Positions 36,838 to 45,814 are shown, counted from the first letter of the stretch. The stretch is 64,000 bases of DNA from a virus (IMGVR_UViG_2765235998_000001:1-64000), one strand, 5' to 3'. Program-made: numbers and translations. Notes: generated from the sequence alone by a model not told the origin.

Positions 36838-37481
36838 GCGGGCCGGGGCGGGCGCCGGTGGAGTGGGCGGACAGGGAGCGCCGCAACGCCAGGAAGGGGG
36901 TACGGCGGAAGGTCCTGGCCTGGGCCGGCCTGAACCCTGCGGCGAAGCGCGCGGACGACCTGATGGTCCGGGCGCGGCATGGTGCGGTGGGCGAGGAGTG
37001 GACTGCCGCGCTGCTCGCGCAACTCCCGGCGGGCTGGACGGTGTTCCACGGACGGAAGCTGTCCGGCTTCAGCAACGACTACGACCACGTCCTCATCTCC
37101 CCCTGCGGGACCGCGGTGGTGACGCTGGATTCGAAGCGCTGGCATGCCGGCCTCGAGACGGTACTGGTGCGGGGCCGGGTGTGTTGCGGTCGGGAGGACC
37201 GGCATAAGCAGGTCACGGCGGTGGCCCGGTATGCGGGCCGGTTGGAGCGGGCGTTGAATCTGCCGGGGGTTCAGGTGTTGCCGCTGCTGGTGGTTCACGG
37301 GTCGCGGGTGCGGGGCGGTTTCCTGTCGGCGCGTGTGCCCGGCTGGGAGGGTGTGGTGCATGTGCTGGGCCCGGAGTATCTGGTGCCGACGCTGGTCGCG
37401 GCTCCGCGGGGGGTGCATGTGGGGCGTGCTGCTGCGCTGGTCGCGCATGTGGACCGGGTTCTTCCGGCCGGGCCGGGGTGA
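36834..37481 (+). CDS. NERD nuclease-related domain protein
   Basis: GA.GE..TA.LL, W.VFH, DHVLI.P, LDSK.W. Confidence 0.82.
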   Translation: MSGPGRAPVEWADRERRNARKGVRRKVLAWAGLNPAAKRADDLMVRARHGAVGEEWTAALLAQLPAGWTVFHGRKLSGFSNDYDHVLISPCGTAVVTLDSKRWHAGLETVLVRGRVCCGREDRHKQVTAVARYAGRLERALNLPGVQVLPLLVVHGSRVRGGFLSARVPGWEGVVHVLGPEYLVPTLVAAPRGVHVGRAAALVAHVDRVLPAGPG

Positions 37482-37818
37482 GGCGTACGGTGGGCGGGCG
37501 TTACCGCCTGGGGGGCACCCGTTGTGCGGGCCGTCAGTCTTCGGACTGGCGGCCCGCTTTCGTGCGTTCCGGGCCCGGGCGCAGTGATGCCCCGGTCTCG
37601 ACGGGGGTTTGCGAGGCCGGGGCGTACGGCAAGTGTGGCATGCGGGACTGACAGTGGGCTGTGATGCGGGGCCGACCGGTCCTCCGCCGACAGAGGACCG
37701 GCCACCATGCCCGGCACGCCTACCCCGTCTTGCCGTTCTGGCACGCGGAGTTGGGCGTGGGGTCTGGGGTGCGCCGCTTCCCCTCGGGCACACTCCAGGC
37801 CCCACGCATTTACCGTGG

Positions 37819-38106
37819 CTATCCCCAGGTGGTGTCGAGGGGTGTGAGCAGGTTGCCGACGGTGTCGGTGACGGGCTGCACGATGGGGGTGGTGTCGATG
37901 GGCGGGGTTCCCCAGGTGGTGTCGTTCGCGGTGTCGGGGGCACCCCACGTGGTGTCCGGGGGTCCGGTGATCAGGTCGGCGGCCAGGGCCGTTCCGGTGG
38001 CGGCTGCGGCGGCGAGGCTGAGGCCAGCGGCGATACGGCGCAGGCGGCTCAGGCGGCGTAGTGGGGCGGTGGCGGGTCGGGTGGCTCGGTGTCGTCCTTG
38101 GCTCAC
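37819..38106 (-). CDS. Secreted pro-peptide with three DTTWG repeats, the last at the C-terminus
   Basis: Arg-rich n-region, Ala-rich h-region, ALA cleavage site; PDTTWG, NDTTWG, LDTTWG-stop; RBS GGAGG. Confidence 0.8.
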   Translation of the reverse strand: MSQGRHRATRPATAPLRRLSRLRRIAAGLSLAAAAATGTALAADLITGPPDTTWGAPDTANDTTWGTPPIDTTPIVQPVTDTVGNLLTPLDTTWG

Positions 38107-38384
38107 GGGTGTCCTCCGGTGGTTGGTTGTCGTGAAAAAGATAGTGGGGCGTCTGGCCCGGTTCTCGTGCTCCCGTCCGCCTGCTGCGATCCCTCAACTG
38201 CGGTCCCGTTTCCTGGCAGTGGACGGGTGCAGTGCGAGAGAAGGAGGGGGGAGTACGAGCGTCGGGGGACGCCCCATGAGGATGCTGCCGTAGGCTGATT
38301 TCACTCTCAACGGTTATCGGATGCTTGTTTGTGCATTGCTTCTTCGTGCAGTGCGCCGCCTTGTTTTGACGGGGGATCATAGCG

Positions 38385-39476
38385 TTGGCCATGGATTGCA
38401 CAGGCGGTGACAGACCTGTTCTGTCGCAGGGCGCGGTGGACGCATTCGCGCTGATCGCAGCGGGTTTGCCGGTCCCGGAGGGGGATCAGGATTGCGTCAA
38501 CGAATTGATCACCTGGGGATACGTGGTGATCGATTCCGAGCACGGAAACAGACCAGTGGCACTCGACCCGGACGACGTCTCCCGCCGGCTCCTCGAACAG
38601 GAACTGCGTGAAGCGAACCGGCGCGTCCAGAAGATGACGGTTCTTCCGTCGATCACGCAGCAATTGGCGGGCCCTTTCCAGCGGGCCAAGTTGCGTGCGG
38701 GCGGGGGATCCGAGTACATCGCGGACGCGGCCGTGGTCAATGCCCGCCTGGACGATGTGGTGGGCTCGGCGGAGTGGGAGATCCTCGCCGCGCAACCGGG
38801 CGGGCCGCGTACGGAGGTTCAGCTGAACCGTTCCGTCGAACGCGACACCGCCGCCTTGGAGCGGGGGGTCGCGAAGCGGACGCTGTACCGGGCGACGGTC
38901 CGCGACAATGCGATCACCTGCCAGTACGCGCGCACCATGACCACCCGCCCGACGGGCAAGTCGGCTGAGTTCCGTACGCTGGTCGGCCCGTTCGAGCGGG
39001 CCATCATCGTCGACCGGCGGGTGGCGTTCATCTCCAACCACCTGGTGGCCGGCGCCCCCGAGCATGCGGCCTGGCAGGTCACCGACCCCGGTGTGATCGC
39101 CTACATGGTCGCGGAGTTCGACGCGAAGTGGCGGCGCGCGGACCCGTGGCACGGGGAACTCGCCCGCCGCGGCCGGGAGGAAGTCGACACGGTGTCCGGG
39201 CCGGCCGCGGTCCGCACCACGCCACGCCAGCGGGAGATCCTGCGGGACATTGTGGTGGGGCGTGCTCAGCAGGCGACGGCGCAGCGGTTGGGGATTTCGT
39301 TGCGGACGCTGGGTGTGGAGATCGCGGAGTTGAAGTCGTTGTTCGACGCGGAGAGTCTGCCGGAGCTGGCATTCCGGTGGGCGTTGTCTCCGGACCGGCT
39401 GGTCGACGACACCGACCACACCACCGACGTGGGCGGGGCGGGGGCAGAGGGCGAGGGCGAGGAAGCGGCGGCCTGA
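38385..39476 (+). CDS. LuxR-family regulator with central TrmB/PLD-like putative sensor domain
   Basis: A..EIL..QPGG.R, RGV..RTLY, IIVDRRVAFI, F...W.RA.PW, then T.RQREIL..IV.G......A.RLGIS.RT. Confidence 0.85.
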   Translation: MAMDCTGGDRPVLSQGAVDAFALIAAGLPVPEGDQDCVNELITWGYVVIDSEHGNRPVALDPDDVSRRLLEQELREANRRVQKMTVLPSITQQLAGPFQRAKLRAGGGSEYIADAAVVNARLDDVVGSAEWEILAAQPGGPRTEVQLNRSVERDTAALERGVAKRTLYRATVRDNAITCQYARTMTTRPTGKSAEFRTLVGPFERAIIVDRRVAFISNHLVAGAPEHAAWQVTDPGVIAYMVAEFDAKWRRADPWHGELARRGREEVDTVSGPAAVRTTPRQREILRDIVVGRAQQATAQRLGISLRTLGVEIAELKSLFDAESLPELAFRWALSPDRLVDDTDHTTDVGGAGAEGEGEEAAA

Positions 39477-39514
39477 GAGGCCTGGTGGCCGCCAGGCGGG
39501 CGTGTAGGCAGGTT

Positions 39515-39982
39515 CTACTGCCCGTTGCCGAACGTGCCGCCCGGCCCGCTGGTGCCGTGGGCCTGCTGGGCGCGAGCCGACTCCACCGCCGCATCCAGCA
39601 GCACCCCCAGCGTGTCCTCCAGCAAGCCCGTGAACCCTGCCTTCAGCGGCTGGTGGAACAGCGCCTCGAGTTGGTCCCGGTCGCGGGTGGCCTGCGCGCC
39701 GAGGAAGCGCATGGCGAGGCTGATGTGCGGGGGCAGGTCGTCCAGGTCGGTGCCCGCGTACGGGTCGAAGATGGCGAGGCCGTAGCGGGGGCCGCCGGGC
39801 GGCTGGTAGCGGATGGGCCAGATCGCGGTTTCGGCGAGGGACTGCCACAGCCGGTAGGTGCGGTCGGGTCCTTTGCGGGTGATGGCGGTGAGCTCGGCGG
39901 CCGCGGCCTGCGGGCGGTCGTGCAGGGCGTGGTGTATCGCTGCCCGCAGGTGGCGGTCGTCGTCAACGAAGTGCTGTGCCAT
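39515..39982 (-). CDS. Hypothetical protein
   Basis: 155-aa ORF at the end of a minus-strand operon. Confidence 0.6.
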   Translation of the reverse strand: MAQHFVDDDRHLRAAIHHALHDRPQAAAAELTAITRKGPDRTYRLWQSLAETAIWPIRYQPPGGPRYGLAIFDPYAGTDLDDLPPHISLAMRFLGAQATRDRDQLEALFHQPLKAGFTGLLEDTLGVLLDAAVESARAQQAHGTSGPGGTFGNGQ

Positions 39983-40448
39983 GCGGGTCAGTCTGCCGGG
40001 CGTAGGGGCGGCGGCGCAGGCCTCCGCGGGGTCCGAAGTCGATGATCTCGCACGGCTGGTCGGCGTCCGGGTTGTCGTAGAGCAGGATGCATGAGCCGTC
40101 CTTGCTGCCGTAGAACTGGGCGTCCGGTCGGTCGGGCTGGTAGATGTGCCGGGCCAGGCACTGGTTGCCGGTGGTGAAGTCGACCTTGTCGGGGCAGAGG
40201 CGTTGCCGCATGGAGCGGAAGGCGTCGGCTTGGGAGGGCCACCATTCCATCCAGCGGCGTTCGTTCCACTCGTCTTCGTTCTTCACCGCGTTCCAGATCC
40301 CGTACAGGATCTTTCCGCGGCCGGGCTGGAAGCTCTCCATGATGCTCAACGTGTTCTCCGTGGGGATGGGGATGGTCTGCTGCCCGGCGAGCGGCTCCGG
40401 GGCGGGCTGTGAGAGACGCTGCTCCACGGCCTTGAGGCTCAGCGTCAC
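39963..40448 (-). CDS. Hypothetical protein
   Basis: Coupled ORF with GPRGG motif. Confidence 0.6.
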   Translation of the reverse strand: MTLSLKAVEQRLSQPAPEPLAGQQTIPIPTENTLSIMESFQPGRGKILYGIWNAVKNEDEWNERRWMEWWPSQADAFRSMRQRLCPDKVDFTTGNQCLARHIYQPDRPDAQFYGSKDGSCILLYDNPDADQPCEIIDFGPRGGLRRRPYARQTDPHGTALR

Positions 40449-41245
40449 ATGCCCTCCAGGGGCAGTTCCGCCTGGACGTCAGTGTTCCCGGCCGCCTGCC
40501 ACTTTTCCCGGTAGCGGCGCGCATCGTAGGAGCACTCCTGGCGGGCGTGGAATATCGCCGAGTCGTCGCCGAGGTCGGGCCGCCACAGGTTCGGGCCCGG
40601 GAAGCGGGCGGCCTGCATGCGGGCGGTTATGGCCTCTCCGCAGGACAGGCAGTGCCCGGCCGGAATCGCCATCAGTTCCTCGGTCAGGACCATCTGGGCG
40701 CGGACCTTGTCCTCGGTCAGTTCGTGGGAGCAGGGCGGGAGTTCGCCGCAGGCCTTGCAGACGGCGTAGTGCTCGGGCAGCACGTCCCATCGGAAGGAAG
40801 CGCGGCCGCGCAGGTGTACGGGCTTGGCCTGGGGCTTGCCGTCGGGGCGCAGGACGACGCTGACGGGCCGGTCTCGCCATGTCTCTTGGGTGGGCCGGTC
40901 GTCGCGGCGGCGGGGGTCCAGGGGGTGGGCGTCCAGGTGGAGGCTTTGCCAGCGGTCCAGTTCGTCGGCGAAGGCCTGGTGCCACTTCTCGCCCCACAGG
41001 TCCGGGGGAATCTCGCGGACCTCTACCACCCGGTATGGAGAGCGCTGGAAGACGACCAGGGTGTCCGGCTCGAGGGTGACGATCTGTTCGTCCCGCGTGC
41101 GGTCGGCGATGCGGTCGTCGCGGCGCCGCTGCGCGCTGGAGGATTGCCCGTACCGGGAGGGTCCGAGGCGGGGGAAGGTGACCGCGAAGCCGGTCTTGGT
41201 CGGGGTGCGCGGGCTCCAGTACTCCCGCCCGTTGATGGTGACCAT
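40445..41245 (-). CDS. Hypothetical protein with Zn-binding motifs
   Basis: C..CGELPPC; C..CGE; FH.R..C. Confidence 0.7.
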   Translation of the reverse strand: MVTINGREYWSPRTPTKTGFAVTFPRLGPSRYGQSSSAQRRRDDRIADRTRDEQIVTLEPDTLVVFQRSPYRVVEVREIPPDLWGEKWHQAFADELDRWQSLHLDAHPLDPRRRDDRPTQETWRDRPVSVVLRPDGKPQAKPVHLRGRASFRWDVLPEHYAVCKACGELPPCSHELTEDKVRAQMVLTEELMAIPAGHCLSCGEAITARMQAARFPGPNLWRPDLGDDSAIFHARQECSYDARRYREKWQAAGNTDVQAELPLEGM

Positions 41246-41247
41246 GG

Positions 41248-41685
41248 TCAGTCTTCCTTCGTGGCGGGGATGACGGTGAACTGGCCAGCGTCTTCGCGGA
41301 TGGTGTCGCCGAACAGGGCCGGGATCCGCTTATCGCCGACGATGACGGTCAGGCCGATCGTCTCGAGGCGGCCGTTGACGGTGCCGGTGCGCATCTTGGA
41401 CGGCTCGCACCACTCGAAGATGCTGGTCAGGTTCTCCGGGGTGAGGACGCGCTCGTCGGGCGCGTAGTCGATGTGGGGCATGCCGGCCATGACCATGGCA
41501 CCGCAGTACGAGCAGTGGAACTGGCCGATCGGGGCGCCGACCAGCTGCTGCGGCTCCCACGGCCAGGGACAGCGCTCGCCCATCTCGTTGAGGGGGGCGC
41601 TGATGTGGAGGTCGCGGGTGAGGTCGATCTCCTTGGCGTCCTTCGGGTCGATGTCGGTCCAGGCCTGAACGAGCTTCGCGGTCAC
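41248..41685 (-). CDS. Hypothetical protein
   Basis: CPWPWEPQQL...HC.YCG; GTG overlap. Confidence 0.65.
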   Translation of the reverse strand: MTAKLVQAWTDIDPKDAKEIDLTRDLHISAPLNEMGERCPWPWEPQQLVGAPIGQFHCSYCGAMVMAGMPHIDYAPDERVLTPENLTSIFEWCEPSKMRTGTVNGRLETIGLTVIVGDKRIPALFGDTIREDAGQFTVIPATKED

Positions 41686-42362
41686 GTGGTGGGCTCCTTG
41701 TTCTCGAGGGCGTTGCGTACGGTCTCCATGGCGGCATCCCAGCCGTTCTCCCACTCCCCGGGAATAGCCGTGTCGCTGGGGGGTCCGGCCTCGGCGGCGT
41801 CCAGGACGCGCTTCTTGGCTTCGGTGAAGGTGCCGGAGGCGATCTCGATGGCGTGCACGGCGAGGTTCCGGACACCGCGCAGGATCTTGATGTGCTCGGC
41901 GACCTCCTCCATCGTGAGGGGGCGTTCGAGGGCGTCCCAGATCCGCATCTCCGCAACGTCTGCCATGTCGGCGGGGACCGCGGTGTCCTTGCGGGCGCGT
42001 TCGGCTTCCTTCTGCCAGGCGGCGGCGAGCTTCTGCATTGCGGCCAGGCGCGGTTCGGCCTCGGCGAGTTTAGCGGCGCGGGCCTGCTCAAGCTCGCGGG
42101 TCAGTCGCTTGACTTCGGCCTCGGCCGCCTCGGTCTGTTGCTCCAGGTGGGCCAGGCGGGCACGTCCGGACTTGGTGCAGGCCTTGAGCGCGAAGTGTTC
42201 GGCTTCTTCGGCCCAATCGATCAGGTTGGGCCAGGTCAGGGTGGGGCTGGCTTTGAGGACGCGGGCGAGTTCGTCGTGCCAGTGCGCCAGGTGCTCCTCC
42301 GGCATCCGAGCGGGCTGGTCGGTCACGAGGTGCTGGGAGCAGGTCGGCGGCTGGTCGGTCAC
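41682..42362 (-). CDS. Coiled-coil hypothetical protein
   Basis: GTG start after GGAGG. Confidence 0.65.
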   Translation of the reverse strand: MTDQPPTCSQHLVTDQPARMPEEHLAHWHDELARVLKASPTLTWPNLIDWAEEAEHFALKACTKSGRARLAHLEQQTEAAEAEVKRLTRELEQARAAKLAEAEPRLAAMQKLAAAWQKEAERARKDTAVPADMADVAEMRIWDALERPLTMEEVAEHIKILRGVRNLAVHAIEIASGTFTEAKKRVLDAAEAGPPSDTAIPGEWENGWDAAMETVRNALENKEPTT

Positions 42363-42364
42363 TG

Positions 42365-42799
42365 CTACCTCCCGAAGATCGAGTCGTATATGGATTCGAC
42401 GCGTTCGCGTATCCGCCGGTCTTCGACATGGTCCGGGGCGACGCATTCGTCTCGGCCGCAGCCGGCTCTCACGCGCCCTTCGGGGTCTCTGCCGTGCCGG
42501 ATGAGGAAAGCGATGCGGTAGGCGGACCAGGCTCGCTTTTGGTAGCGGAAGACGGGGCAGCCATTGCTGTTGCGGTGTCCCTTCCAGAGGGCATGGCCGT
42601 CGGGGGCGAGGGTGACGCGCTGCCAGAACATGTCTTCGGGGCTTGCTGCGGGTTTCCTGCCGCCGACTCCCGTGTTTGGGATGTGGAGGGCTTTTCGGGC
42701 GGCGGCGACGTGGCGGCGGTGGATGTCGAGTTGTTGGGCTATGTGGGTGTTCGAGTGTCCGTTGTGGAGGAGGTGGGCGATGTCGGAGCGGACTTTCAC
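42365..42799 (-). CDS. HTH plus degenerate HNH (His-Me finger) domain protein
   Basis: IAQQL.I.R..V HTH; FW.RV..., W.G, AYRIAF, CG...CV.PDH. Confidence 0.65.
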   Translation of the reverse strand: MKVRSDIAHLLHNGHSNTHIAQQLDIHRRHVAAARKALHIPNTGVGGRKPAASPEDMFWQRVTLAPDGHALWKGHRNSNGCPVFRYQKRAWSAYRIAFLIRHGRDPEGRVRAGCGRDECVAPDHVEDRRIRERVESIYDSIFGR

Positions 42800-42818
42800 G
42801 GGATTGGGTCTCCTTTCG

Positions 42819-43061
42819 TTAGAGGCTTTCCAGGGTCGGGGCGAAGTAGAAGAGCTCGAGGGCGGTTTGGCCGGGGATGGTGTCGGGGGCGGGTGGCACG
42901 GGTGCGGGCTTGAGCCGGGGCATGGCGCGGGCGCGGCGGCGCTGCTTCGGCGGGATCAGGCCGCGGTCCCGACCGCACTTCTCGCCGAACCCCCGCAGCT
43001 GGGACTCCTCGCTGGTCAGGCGCCGGGGGCAGAACCGGCAGCTGGTGCGCCGCTCCGTCAC
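42819..43061 (-). CDS. DUF6011-like Zn-finger protein
   Basis: C..C.R.LT...S..RG.G..C. Confidence 0.7.
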   Translation of the reverse strand: MTERRTSCRFCPRRLTSEESQLRGFGEKCGRDRGLIPPKQRRRARAMPRLKPAPVPPAPDTIPGQTALELFYFAPTLESL

Positions 43062-43339
43062 GTTGGCCTCCTCCTGCGGAGGTTGCGGACGGGCATGACG
43101 TCCGCCGTCCCGTCGGCGCGCTGAATACAGACGTTGCGGGGGCCCAACTTGCCCGTGGTGACGTGGGGGAGGTCGAGTGTGCGGTGGCCAGCGACGGGCC
43201 CGTAGCGGACGACGACGTGCACGGGCTGCCAGTCGCGGGGGCCGCGGTTCTCCCAGTACAGGGCCGGCGGCTCCGGGGTGGTGGCCTGTGTGGGGATGTC
43301 CAGGGCGAGCTGCTGCGTGCCGGTCCGGCCGCTAGCCAT
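43058..43339 (-). CDS. Hypothetical protein
   Basis: PRNV.I.RADG...V.P.R.LRR. Confidence 0.55.
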   Translation of the reverse strand: MASGRTGTQQLALDIPTQATTPEPPALYWENRGPRDWQPVHVVVRYGPVAGHRTLDLPHVTTGKLGPRNVCIQRADGTADVMPVRNLRRRRPT

Positions 43340-43875
43340 CAGGCATCCTGGCCGGTAGCGGCCGGGAAGACGTCCGGGTGCGCGGTCTTCCAGTCCAGCC
43401 AGCGCTTCGGGTAGATGCCGTGGTCGAGGTCCATTACCTGCTCCAGGGACAGCGGCCCGGGGTGCTTGGCGTACTCGTGCTCGCCGCCGCGCACCTTGGG
43501 CCCGGTGGGCACGAACAGAGGCCCGTACTGCCAGGTGACGACTCGGTAGCCCCAGTCGTCGGGCCCGTACTTCACGAACACGCGGGTGACGACGCGCCCT
43601 TCGACGTCGAGGGGGCGCTTCAGCATGCGCTGGCGTTCCCGGTCGCCGAGGAAGTAGTGGATGTACTCGTCGATGTACGAGGCGAGCATGGCGGCTTCGG
43701 TGTCGGTGGGTCGCTCCTGGCTGCCCCAGCTGTAGGGGCCGGTGTCGACGTCGATCCATGCGGCGATGTACTTCCACTCCGGGTTGAAGCTGGAGACGAC
43801 GGGGATGCGCAGTGCGGTGAGCGGGTCGTCCTGGTTGGCGTCGGTGCCGAACGGCCATGCGGTGGTCTTGGGCAC
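43339..43875 (-). CDS. Hypothetical protein
   Basis: Trp/Tyr-rich, RBS AAGGAGG. Confidence 0.65.
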   Translation of the reverse strand: MPKTTAWPFGTDANQDDPLTALRIPVVSSFNPEWKYIAAWIDVDTGPYSWGSQERPTDTEAAMLASYIDEYIHYFLGDRERQRMLKRPLDVEGRVVTRVFVKYGPDDWGYRVVTWQYGPLFVPTGPKVRGGEHEYAKHPGPLSLEQVMDLDHGIYPKRWLDWKTAHPDVFPAATGQDA

Positions 43876-43877
43876 GG

Positions 43878-44666
43878 TCAGGCCTCCTTGGCGGGCGAGA
43901 TGCCGCAGTCCGGCGCGCATAGTTCGTGGTCGCCTTCTGCGTGGGCCATCAGCCGCTCGTGCGTGGTGCACGGCTCACCGCCCGGCTCGCAGCCCCCGAC
44001 GCTGCACGGGGTGGCCACGTACTCGGCCTCGTTCGCCTTCCGCTGGAAGCGCTCCATGAGCCGGAAGGCCGCGTCGGCGTGCCCGTTGAGGTTCTTGGCG
44101 GTGTAGACGGCGCCGGCTTCGTCGCAGATGTCGGCGACCTCGCGCAGGATGTCGGGCCGGTCGATGGGCGGCGGCAGCACGGCCAGCACCGCGTCCACGT
44201 CTTCCGTGGCATCGAAGTCGTTGCGCAGGTGCAGTTCGTGGAGCACCCGGGCGAGCTCTAGGCGTACCTCGGCGGGCTGTCCGGTGGGCGACGCGGCAGC
44301 AGCCGGCAGTTCGGCGAGGATTCCCGCGACGGCGCGGCACACGCGGTCGTGTTGCCCCGGGAATGTCGGGGTGTGGGGGCCGGGGATGGCTACGGCGTCC
44401 CAGAGGGCGTCGGCCTGCTGGACGGTGAGGCCGTGCGTCTGTCCGGTGGGCGGCGCGGCGGTCGGGGTCTCCTCGTCGTCGCCGTCCTCGATCCGCTGGA
44501 TCACGGCCCGCATCTCGTCCGCCCACTCGGCGGGCACGTGGATGGGCACGTTGTCGCTGCGGCACGGTTCGGTGGCGAGGTGGCCGTGGTTGTCGCCGCG
44601 CCAGCACCACCAGCCGACCTGCGACAGCTGCTCGTCGGCGGCCTGCGGAGTCTGGTTGTGGGTCAT
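43878..44666 (-). CDS. Mosaic hypothetical protein
   Basis: 262-aa ORF. Confidence 0.65.
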   Translation of the reverse strand: MTHNQTPQAADEQLSQVGWWCWRGDNHGHLATEPCRSDNVPIHVPAEWADEMRAVIQRIEDGDDEETPTAAPPTGQTHGLTVQQADALWDAVAIPGPHTPTFPGQHDRVCRAVAGILAELPAAAASPTGQPAEVRLELARVLHELHLRNDFDATEDVDAVLAVLPPPIDRPDILREVADICDEAGAVYTAKNLNGHADAAFRLMERFQRKANEAEYVATPCSVGGCEPGGEPCTTHERLMAHAEGDHELCAPDCGISPAKEA

Positions 44667-44857
44667 GGTCGCAGTTCCCCTCGGTGCTGGAGCTCGGTGC
44701 GGAAGAGGTGGGCGACGGCGGGCAGTTCGTCACCGGGCTGCGCCGGACGGAAGCGGGCGGCCTGAGCGGCGTGGGTGTTGGCGAGGCTGAGGGCGGTCTG
44801 GAGAACCTCGGTGGGCTCCTCGCGGAACGGCCGGCCTGTGGGCTGCGGGTTGGTCAC
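44663..44857 (-). CDS. Small hypothetical protein
   Basis: GTG with GGAGG RBS. Confidence 0.55.
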   Translation of the reverse strand: MTNPQPTGRPFREEPTEVLQTALSLANTHAAQAARFRPAQPGDELPAVAHLFRTELQHRGELRP

Positions 44858-44952
44858 GGGCGTCGCCTCCAGGGGCGGTTGAGGGCGTGGTTCAGGCTCT
44901 CGCAGGTGCGGGCATGACGTTGCCCCCGCCCAGTCGGGGCGGGGGCGGGGGG

Positions 44953-45189
44953 TTAGGCGGGGAGGATTTCGGTGTGCTGGGTCCATCCCTTCATGTAGCG
45001 AGTGACGGCGTGGTCGGTGGTGACGTAGGCGCGGAGGCCAGGGTGGGGGGAGGTGAGGTTTTCGGTGAATTCGATGTAGTCGGGGTGGATGGTGGTGCCG
45101 ACGGTGCCGGTCTTGATGAACTTGGTGGTGCCCTGGGGGGTGGTGCGGGTGATGCGGATGGTGGTGCCGGGGGTGAGGTTGGTGGTCAT
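44953..45189 (-). CDS. Small hypothetical protein
   Basis: First gene after promoter copy 4. Confidence 0.6.
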   Translation of the reverse strand: MTTNLTPGTTIRITRTTPQGTTKFIKTGTVGTTIHPDYIEFTENLTSPHPGLRAYVTTDHAVTRYMKGWTQHTEILPA

Positions 45190-45227
45190 GGGTGCCCCCA
45201 GGGGTTGTGGTGCGGTGTGGTGGTTCC

Positions 45228-45259
45228 ACCGTAACCCATAGTTCATGGCATAGCAATGG
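45228..45259 (-). promoter_or_regulatory. Promoter/operator copy 4
   Basis: Reverse complement CCATTGCTATGCCATGAACTATGGGTTACGGT. Confidence 0.8.
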
Positions 45260-45322
45260 CGTGACGGCATTCCCGCACCCCGTAACCCCCACCTACGCCC
45301 ACGCGTTGACCCAGACGTGACG

Positions 45323-45359
45323 AAGGGCCCGGCCGGAATCCACTCCCGACCGGGCCCTT
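45323..45359. terminator. Hairpin, putative terminator
   Basis: AAGGGCCCGG.CGG...CCG.CCGGGCCCTT. Confidence 0.55.
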
Positions 45360-45554
45360 GCCACACCCCGCCCCCTACCAACCGGCCCCACACCGGTGCA
45401 CCCTGGACGGCAGTCGACAACCAGGGCGGTGGATGCCGGTGAACTGTCCCAACTGTGGCGGCCAGGCTCAGCAGGGCCCGGATGGGTCGTGGTCGTGTCC
45501 TCAGTGCGGTCCGATCTCGGGTTCGACACCCGGTCCGCGGGTAGGGTCGCCGTC

Positions 45555-45800
45555 GTGACCCGCCCCGTGAAGCCCGCCGCGTCCAGACTGCCGGATCAGA
45601 GCCCGGTGCAGACTGCTGCTGCCGCAGCCGCGTTCCTCGCCGGCCAGGAGATCACCACGACGGACTGCCGGGAGTGCGGCACGCAGACTTCCGGGGTGAA
45701 CGGCCGGTATTCCTGCGGCGTTTGCGGGTGGTCTAACCACTGGTCAGAGGGCCACACGGTGTTGCCGCCCGCGAGCGAGGATCCCGACTTCAAGCCGTGA
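45555..45800 (+). CDS. Zn-ribbon protein
   Basis: CRECG...Y.C.VCGW.NHWSEG. Confidence 0.6.
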   Translation: MTRPVKPAASRLPDQSPVQTAAAAAAFLAGQEITTTDCRECGTQTSGVNGRYSCGVCGWSNHWSEGHTVLPPASEDPDFKP

Positions 45801-45814
45801 GGAACTGGTGCGGA

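Noticed and set aside
37819-38106. DTTWG peptide as a RiPP precursor
   Set aside because: No modifying enzymes or transporter nearby, and it has a Sec-type signal peptide; not fully excluded
45475-45545. tRNA-like T-arm (TCGGGTTCGACACCCGG)
   Set aside because: No convincing D-arm, anticodon arm or acceptor stem; it lies within a small Cys-rich ORF
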